64,000 nt of DNA, taken from Eledone cirrhosa (Eukaryota). The stretch is from positions 10,201-74,200 of the forward strand of contig CAXHJY010001140.1 in NCBI GenBank assembly GCA_964016885.1, in the 5' to 3' direction. The notes beneath the pieces are model-generated. The model made no database searches. It was not told the DNA's origin and worked only from the letters and a program-made list of their open reading frames with translations. The stretch's first letter is position 1. Each line of letters begins with the position of its first letter. A program made the translations under genes and the position numbers. Of this stretch, positions 52,859 to 64,000 are shown piece by piece.

Positions 52859-53535
52859 GATCCGAAGGCACGGTATAAATTTCCAATCATTTTAATCACG
52901 ACACATGTTTCAATAAGGGATAGATCGATCGATTATCACTGATCTCATCAGGTGAATAATGAAATGTCTTCAAATCTTTGATATAAGGGTGGAAAAACTA
53001 ACGATGTTCACTCGCTAGAGTTTTGTTCGGTGTGTGTGAGTGTGTGTGTACTCACTAACACTAATTGTGACCGAGCAAAATTCTACAGATCTGATGCTGT
53101 CCAGGGTCTTTTACAGCTATTGAGAGATAGGGACTTGATAGATTTATGACGCTGACTGAAGACGATAGTAGTTGGCGTGTTTGGCTGCTGATTATTCATA
53201 TGGATACAAAACTCTGTGAGTGAACATCGTTAGTTTTGTCTCCCTCAAATCAAATATTTGAAGAGTTTTCATAATTCATCTGATGAGTTCAGTGATAATC
53301 GATCATGACCACACGATCGATCTATCCCTTATTGAAACATGTGTCGTGATTAAAATGATTGGAAATATATACCATGCCTTCGGATCTTTATTTTGATACA
53401 AATACTCCGTTATACTTCATCTAGCTGTTCCCATAAATGGAATTGGAGATATACAGAATCGTGGAGAACTTAATATTGCTAACAAAAGTTTATTGGACCG
53501 TATGACACAACCAATAATGCACATTACTATATAGC

Positions 53536-53538
<3 letters not shown>
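52854..53538 (+). mobile_element. Fold-back PLE pLTR insertion (family E)
   Basis: Inverted arms about 52854-53026/53206-53392, tail to 53538, (TA)n on both sides, HHR motif in each arm. Confidence 0.8.
53276..53349 (+). ncRNA. Hammerhead motif of family E (mirror copy 52896-52955, minus strand)
   Basis: TCAT-CTGATGA-extended stem II-GAAA-CATGTG-TC-GTGA; GUC site; the base of stem II is weak. Confidence 0.65.
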
Positions 53539-53600
<62 letters not shown>

Positions 53601-53604
<4 letters not shown>

Positions 53605-55300
53605 CAAGATGTATGGTAGGTCGTATTTGAATCGCGATGATCACGTCTGACCTACCAAATATGCGACGGTAGCTAGTTAAGCTCTATGCGTATAAGCAGA
53701 GCAGAAATATTAATGATAAAGAACAAAGGAACTATTATGACATTATAACAAGTTTATTGCCGACAGCCGTTTCGTCCGACCATATGGTGGGACTTTTCAA
53801 GGCATATAACATGTGATTGTAAGTTCATTATTTACATCAACGTATCACTTAAGACTAGCAGTTTGAAATTGTGGTATACATCAGCAGCTCCGCTTGTATA
53901 TTTGTGGTCTATATTCTAATGGAGCTCTTTTATATTAGTTGTCGGAATTGTAAAAGGGATGGGTTATGGGGAGTTAAGAGAATTTGAAAATGGCCTAAGA
54001 GTCAGGGTTTGAAAGTTAAAAATTAGATAATTTATAATTTACGCATTAAAAGTAAAAGACTTGGGATCTCGTAGAAGCACATTAAAAAATCCCTCAATAA
54101 GTGCATAAAGCTTCAAGCCCCAATAAACGATTATAAGCAAGAAAATACATAAGCAAAAAGACAATAATTATAAAATGTATTTTTAAAAGACAATAATTAT
54201 AAAATGTATTTTTAAGAAGTTATAAGGTAGCTTCTGTAATCTAATAATGTACTATCAAAAAATTATTATAAAATTATCACAAAATTATTATAAAATTATT
54301 ATAAAATTATTACAAAATTATCATAAAACTATTGATACAGGATTAAAAAATTACTATAAAATGATTGATACAGGATTAACAAAGACATAATAATATATTC
54401 ATGCCTAATTAACAAAAAATCAATAAACAATTAACAGTCAAGCAAAATTATCACAGTGATATCACGTTCTCGGATACTTTACACACATACAGCATCACAT
54501 ATGATTAACAAAGACATAATGGTATACTCCTACGTAATTAACAAACAATCAATTAACAATTGATAGTCAAGAAAATGTACTCAGGGATATCCCACGCACG
54601 GATACTTTACACACATACAGCAGGATAAACAATACAGGTGTCCTTGTGGGCGCGATATCCATTATGCGTATGTAATCATCTGCATAGCTCCAGGCACTGT
54701 TGGTCTTGTTTAAAAGTTCAAAGATCACGAATCAACTGGGATTCCCTATCAGCTGCGTGGACTCTCTGGGAAATGTACCTGTGGATCAAATAGCTAGTGG
54801 TTGCTGGGTGTGGTCCGTTCGATCTTTTAGTTTCGGGGATTGCACGCTGCCGGTTCTAAATCCAAGGTCTCGCTGCATAAGATGTATTGGTTTACATGCT
54901 ATATTGGTAAAAATAACCAGTGTGGATTTGACTGGGGTGGTATATAACGAACTCCAAGCACACACACGACTGGTCAAATGCGAAGGGCTGTCCCCTCTTT
55001 GTTTGTTGTTGGGGTCGGTTCCAGCTTAGATGTTGGTCGTGTTATCCATATTGCGTCAGCCATGCATATTCAAGACAGGTCTGTATATATTTGTGGCTAT
55101 GGTCCGGCGTCTACGCTATCCAAAGGGTCTCTCTTGTGTTATTTTTAAGTTCGTTTGTCATCTCCCGGTTAAGACTGCGCATGCTTCGGTGAATCTCATG
55201 CATGGAATCTTGGGGTATCATATTACACGGGGTGACTAGCAGAGAATATATATATTCCATGCTATCGCGCACGCGCTGGCCTGTGGCTACGACCGTGTCC
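53601..55300 (-). mobile_element. Degenerate PLE (family G): ORF 3' remnant, pLTR with HHR, tail into (TA)n
   Basis: Weak PLE-like motifs (LLVTP..., LWIA*/RRRTI, DRESQLIRDL) upstream of the HHR; internal tandem repeats at 54155-54622. Confidence 0.5.
53758..53804 (-). ncRNA. Hammerhead ribozyme, U3-A8 compensated core
   Basis: TGCC-TTGAAAA-GTCCcACCAtaTGGTcGGAC-GAAA-CGGCTG-TC-GGCA. Confidence 0.8.
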
Positions 55301-56183
55301 AGTCTCAGGTAGTAGCAGACAGCAGGTAGACCAGCTAAACACACCCCTGCTCAAGGGGCACAAACACTAACTTATCGAGTGGTCAGACATCAACGGAGTC
55401 AACTCTCCAAGCCCATTAAGTCAACCGGGGTAATATACAAAAAAATCACTATTAATAAAGAACTAACTCAAAAAGAACCACTAATAGTAAAGAAGAACTA
55501 ACTCAGAAGAAGTGAGTGGGGGAGAATGGGGAGGGGCATCTATTTGGGCGGGGGTTTATTAGGGGAGGAGGAGGGGGGGTTGATTGGTTATAGGCAGGGA
55601 GCGGCCGCCATATTGGGTGTTCTGTTACTGTTTCCTTGGGCAAGTTCCCATATTTGTTGACATACATCTCAGACGGCACCTCGCCAGATTAGTCAAACGT
55701 GGGTCCAGGCACTCAAAAAATACCACACCGCTGGCATCATCTGCCCGCAGGGTGCCCAGCAACAATGCTGCCACCAATCCCAGGTTGGCAATTGGGACAC
55801 AGGGTCGACTGTTCCTCACCAGAGTCCCCATCGGCAATCGGGGAGCCGAGGCATCAATGCGGCCGGGGTTACTAAAGAGCACCCTATTCGCCAGCGCGGC
55901 AGCCACGTGCGGGACAGTGTGGGGTCAGGGCTATGTGTCTGGTTTGAAGAAAAAGAAAGAGCTAAGTATAGTGTGGGGGCAGGACTAGAAGATTTCTGAT
56001 CTCCTGTTGAGCAAGTTGATTCCTGAGAATACTATGGCATGAGATTCAGTTAGGCACAGGCTACAAAACCTGCTCAACGAGCTATATGGAGGAGCTTTAG
56101 TAAGGCATCTCCAGCTTAGTGTGTAGGGGGCAATAAACTTGTTATAACAAACTTGTTATAATGTGATAATAGTTCCTTCATTA

Positions 56184-56271
<88 letters not shown>

Positions 56272-56272
<1 letters not shown>

Positions 56273-56532
56273 ACGAAGGAGTTGTGGTAAGGAACCAGAT
56301 AGACCATTACGCACCAGAGTACTCAATACTTAGCGTAGTAGAGTGTGTAATAGGAAAATGTATGACCCCGACGGCAGAGCTCAAACCGTTTCGACGGCTA
56401 TATCTGTACTAAATTAGAATTTTTAGCGTGGTAAATAAAAAAATTGATTTACCACGCTAAGAATTTTAATTTAGTCCAGAAATAGCCATCGAACGGCTTG
56501 AGCTCTGTCGTCGGGGTCATACATTTTCCTAT
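56272..56532 (-). mobile_element. PLE family D short fold-back insertion (diverged subfamily)
   Basis: Tail plus arms 56350-56436/56447-56532 in (TA)n. Confidence 0.85.
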
Positions 56533-56721
56533 ATATACACATAGAGAGACTAAGAGAAACAGAAAATAAGAAATAGAGAGAGGAAGGGGGTATAAAATAC
56601 CGGCCGCAACGCCAAGCAGTCGATATTTTACATATCTTTATATACACAAGTTATCTCCACATGCATTGAGTACTCCGATGATTAGTATCTCAGTGGTCTC
56701 AACACCACATACTCCATCTTT

Positions 56722-56822
<101 letters not shown>

Positions 56823-56952
56823 ATATATATATATATATATATATTTAATTGCTTCTACTTTTGGAACAAGGCCAGCGATTACCCATTATATATAATGTAA
56901 ATATATTTATTGTACCGTGTCGTTTGCATTGTTATTTCTCTTTACCTATTGC

Positions 56953-56990
<38 letters not shown>

Positions 56991-57478
56991 ACGCACACTC
57001 ACACCCACACAATACACACACAACATATATATATATATATATATATGTATATTTGTTAAATTCAATATGAAAAATGGCAAACCTGTTATACTGATTCATA
57101 GCTGTTTAAGACGTGTAACCTTGGGTCAATTACGTGTTGATGCTGAGCATAATTGCCACATTAGTTAGGATTTCATCTAGCATACACTTAGTGCAATTCT
57201 ATTTAGAAACATTATACCAAATATGAGTTATGAATATTGTAGCTGACCTCTAGCTCACTTATTTATAAAGACGTCTGTACATTTGCATGTTTTATCGACT
57301 CAAATATTCTGTTTACATATGTTTAATCGGCTATGTCTATACAAAACATTACGTTTCTGTCTAAATATTCTATTAAATAAGAAATTGAATAATGTATTTC
57401 TAACAAGCTGACTGAATAATCGAAGTTAGTTTTCTGTGATCGACAATATATCCTTTGGGAAATCAACTAGTAAGTATG

Positions 57479-57568
<90 letters not shown>

Positions 57569-58249
57569 TCTATGTATGTATAAATATATGTATATATATA
57601 TATATGAATCTATGTATGTATAAATATATGTATATGGATATATATATATATATATATACACATATATATACATATAGGTATGTGTGTGTATGTATGCATA
57701 CATGTATATACAAGTATATATGTATATATATGTATATACGTATGTATGCCTGTAAAAGTAGATTGCATATATTGTACGTTTATATGTATTTTGCACCAAA
57801 ACATGTAAGTGTTTATGAACGTGTTGGTCTTTTATATGTATTTATATATTATATATGCTTGTATTTATTTAATATATTTATATCCTATAAATTATTCGAT
57901 TAAACATACGAAAGCTGTAATAATGGACAATAACCAGAAGAGAAAGATATACTTACGATACCTGCTCCTTAGTTTGGATTAAATACCAATGTATATCATA
58001 CATACTATTTTTACGAATTATTACGAAGATGCCTCCTGTTCTTTTATAACCATATATCATTTTCAATAATATTTCTACTACAATATACATTCGTAGAGCA
58101 TATTAATATATTTTTAAGAAAAAAATTACGGAAAGGTTTCCTATTGATCTATTAATCTATTAATTATTGAAAATAATATATTCCACACTATATCTTAAAC
58201 TCGATAGCATGTGTAGCTCGTAGATCAGAGAATTACTCCAATTTGAGCC

Positions 58250-58960
58250 GTTACTTGCGATATCACAGCTCCGATACAATGGGCAAGTGGTTAGAATGTC
58301 TGAGGAATGAATTGCTGGGCAGAGGTTACGGACAAAACCAATCGTCAGGAAACCCTGTGATAGAACCTGAGCAAGGTGTTTGGATAGCCTCCATGGAATT
58401 GGCTCGTCTTGCTTGGTGATTCAACCGAATAATTTGGAGAAGGTTGCTTATCACAGGACCACCTAGAAGGAATATTTAAGGACTCTACCACCACAAACCT
58501 CTCAGGAAAACGTGGGCGAATAAGTAGAAGGCCTATTATTTCCAGCAAAATCTGTCCTTCCAGTAAAGTGTACTGGCAATGTTAGATTTCTCAGTCATCT
58601 CATTCACACATTGCACTAACACCTCGACAGCCCACACGAAACAATGAATTGACGAAATGACCTGAAACTCAACCACAGTTAGACGTAATACACACTCGTT
58701 TAGTTTAGACTTAGTTTCTCTCCACATTTCTGACCCATATCTCCGGCCATCGACTTAATTACTGACAATATTGTCGACTCTACGACGTCAATTATTTCGG
58801 TTTGATTTCTGCTAGCTGCTATCCACGAGATGCTAACTGGGGGTGATGCGTATCACATCGTCTCAGTCTGAGGGCTCAATCTACAACCAAATTTCAGGAT
58901 TTCTCATGGGGTCAACTCTCTCAGGCATGCCAGCGATCAGCATTCACCACATTGCTGGAT
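58250..58960 (+). pseudogene. Degenerate PLE reverse transcriptase fragment
   Basis: RPIISS, SFSLDLVSL and EGSIYNQISGFLMGSTLSG motifs with stops and frameshifts. Confidence 0.7.
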
Positions 58961-59040
58961 CCCTCTCCCTGCTTCAAATTACACTAATAGTCATAGAGGA
59001 GAGATCCATTACATTCCACAAGAAATAAGCCTGCAATCAC

Positions 59041-59147
<107 letters not shown>

Positions 59148-59334
59148 AATGAAGTAATTCCGTCGGAATAGTCCAGGAAAAAATCCACCGTCAATAAATA
59201 CACCTGGATTTTTTCATTCTGATGATTAAAAGCAAATTTTTTTTGCTTTGAAGAAACCACTGGTAAATGATATAATTTCCTTCTGTTATTTATTACATAA
59301 CTATATATATACATATATTTATGTATATATATTA

Positions 59335-59374
59335 TTTCTTCTGGTGAAGGACTAGCGTCCGAAATCTCAAGAAA
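59335..59374 (+). ncRNA. Minimal hammerhead motif with A6G change
   Basis: TTTCTT-CTGGTGA-aGGAC tagc GTCC-GAAA-TC-TC-AAGAAA: 6-bp stem I and 4-bp stem II; probably inactive. Confidence 0.6.
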
Positions 59375-59469
59375 CCTCTTCTTGCTATGTCAAGCGTTAA
59401 CCTAATATATACCTTCCATATACTGTACCGATTGTGTTGTTATTTCTGTTTAACTTTTACATATATATA

Positions 59470-59534
<65 letters not shown>

Positions 59535-59535
<1 letters not shown>

Positions 59536-60361
59536 CGTTTCTGAATTTGTTTAGCAAGATTCTTTATCTGAAAAAACGTGTGTTGAAACCGATATTGTTA
59601 TAATTTGGGAGGGTCATGTTGCAAATAAGAAACACACACACCAGTTGCTTCACTTCAATTTATTATAATACATTTATAAATTTAGGAATTTATAAATTTC
59701 CGGTTGGTTGGCTGGTTCCACAACCAGATGATTGTTTATATATTGTCAAAGTTATTTCGTCACACATTATGTGACCTCGTCAATGACTGCGGATTATTTT
59801 CTTTGTTTTTGTGCCTCTCCTTTGTTTTGTCCTACGCCATCTTGTTTTTTTGTGTTGTTGAATCGCATCACCCCCAGTTAGCATCTCGTGGATAGCAGCT
59901 AGCAGAAATCAAACCGAAATAATTGCCGTCGTAGATCGACGATATTGTCAATAATTAAGTCGATGGCCGGAGATATGGGTCAGAAATGTGGAGAGAAACT
60001 AAGTCTAAACTAAACGAGTGTGTATTACGTCTAACTGTGGTTGAGTTTCAGGTCATTTCGTCTATTCATTGTTTCGTGTGGGCTATCGACGTTTTAATGC
60101 ACAAAAACAATATGGCGTAGGACAGAACAAAGGAGAGGCACAAAGACAAAGAAAATAATCCCCAGTCATTGACGAGGTCACATGATGTGTGACGAAAGAA
60201 CTTTGACAATATATAAACAATCATATGGTTGTGGAACCAACCAACCAACCGGAAATTTATATATTCCTAAATGTATAAATGTATTATAATAAATTGAAGT
60301 GAAAGCAATTGGTGCGTGTGTTTCTTATTGGCAACATGCCCCTCCCAAAGTATAACAATAT
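59535..60361 (-). mobile_element. Fold-back PLE insertion (family L) with captured spacer
   Basis: Inverted arms about 59591-59853/60100-60361, tail on the left arm; HHR motifs GTCA-TTGACGA-gGTCACA..TGTGAC-GAAA-(G/T)AAC-TT-TGAC at 59745-59787 (-) and 60165-60207 (+). Confidence 0.8.
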
Positions 60362-60384
60362 ATATATATATATAGAGAGAGAGA

Positions 60385-60595
60385 TATTTATTAAAATAAC
60401 AGATTAAAGTTTAAGCAAAGAATCGCTGCTTTCACCCTTAACGGGATCTTCTGAAACTAACAAAGCCAATCTGTAAACACAGAAGTGGATATTTCAAAAA
60501 ACGTTGCAAACGGAGGAAGACAGGAAGACGATACTTTGGTTCGTAGAAACGTTCCCTGGCAAAGAACGGGATAAAACGAAAATAATACGTCATAT
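60385..60595 (-). mobile_element. Family M copy
   Basis: Colinear with 14255-14470. Confidence 0.7.
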
Positions 60596-61175
60596 CTGGA
60601 GCGTGGAGAACAATTGCAGGTAAAGACCGAACCACCTTTATGGTATAACTGAAGTCGTAGACTAAAATTCTAACTAGGAAACCGAATGATTCTCCGCTTC
60701 AGAGTTAAGAATAAAGTAAATAAAATACAGAGGTAATTAAAATTAAATAAATACATACACGCATCCAAATACGTACATACACAAGCATACGCTAAAACAC
60801 TCGCCTTAGGTATACAAATACACGCACATATAAATGTGTGTGTGTGTGTGCGTGTATACAAATAATTAAATACACGTATATAAATAAATAAATACGTATA
60901 TAACAAACGCACACATATACCTACATGTAAATACACAAATGTTCGGAGAATACGGCAACCAAAACACGAAGTACACATATGCACACACCCTACATGCATA
61001 CGAACCCGCATACTCACACAACGCAAAACTCACATATACACATAACCAAAATCATATGTACCAGAATATTTAAAATATACGCTATAACATATACAATCAA
61101 ATATATGTAGGAGAAAGAATACGTACTTCACAAAACATACAGGTAATATATACTTACCTATGCAAATAAGTAATG

Positions 61176-64000
<2,825 letters not shown>

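Noticed and set aside
54155-54622. Repeat arrays resembling CRISPR or regulatory arrays (11-, 30- and about 128-bp units); also duplications at 31455-31575 and 32022-32310
   Set aside because: Plain tandem duplications without unique spacers, in a eukaryotic context.
58640-58670. In-frame TGA codons in the PLE RT fragment read as selenocysteine
   Set aside because: The fragment also has frameshifts and TAA stops, and no SECIS was identified; decay is the simpler explanation.

Overview
AT-rich, repeat-saturated animal DNA. The tRNA-derived SINEs, (TA)n/(ATT)n microsatellites and LINE content point to an octopus-like cephalopod (inference). No host gene can be supported, and most ORFs in the track are microsatellite artefacts. 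The core is a near-intact 5.8-kb Tx1/L1-clade retrotransposon (21625-27424) inserted in an (ATT)n tract between the 5' UTR and ORF of an RTE LINE that ends in C2H2 fingers. Around it is a dense set of Penelope-like element (PLE) insertions, nearly all in (TA)n tracts. At least eight are fold-back (inverted pseudo-LTR) structures with a tail on one arm only. They carry GIY-YIG endonuclease remnants and about a dozen hammerhead-ribozyme (HHR) motifs: canonical, U3-A8 compensated, and two recurrent non-canonical cores. Also present are an internally deleted RTE-derived SINE-like element split by an insertion with 131-bp direct repeats, a 2.8-kb tandem duplication, an apparent capture of local DNA inside a PLE palindrome, Helitron, R4/Dong and RTE remnants, and a terminal 2-kb (TA)n block. 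All alignments and folds were done by eye.
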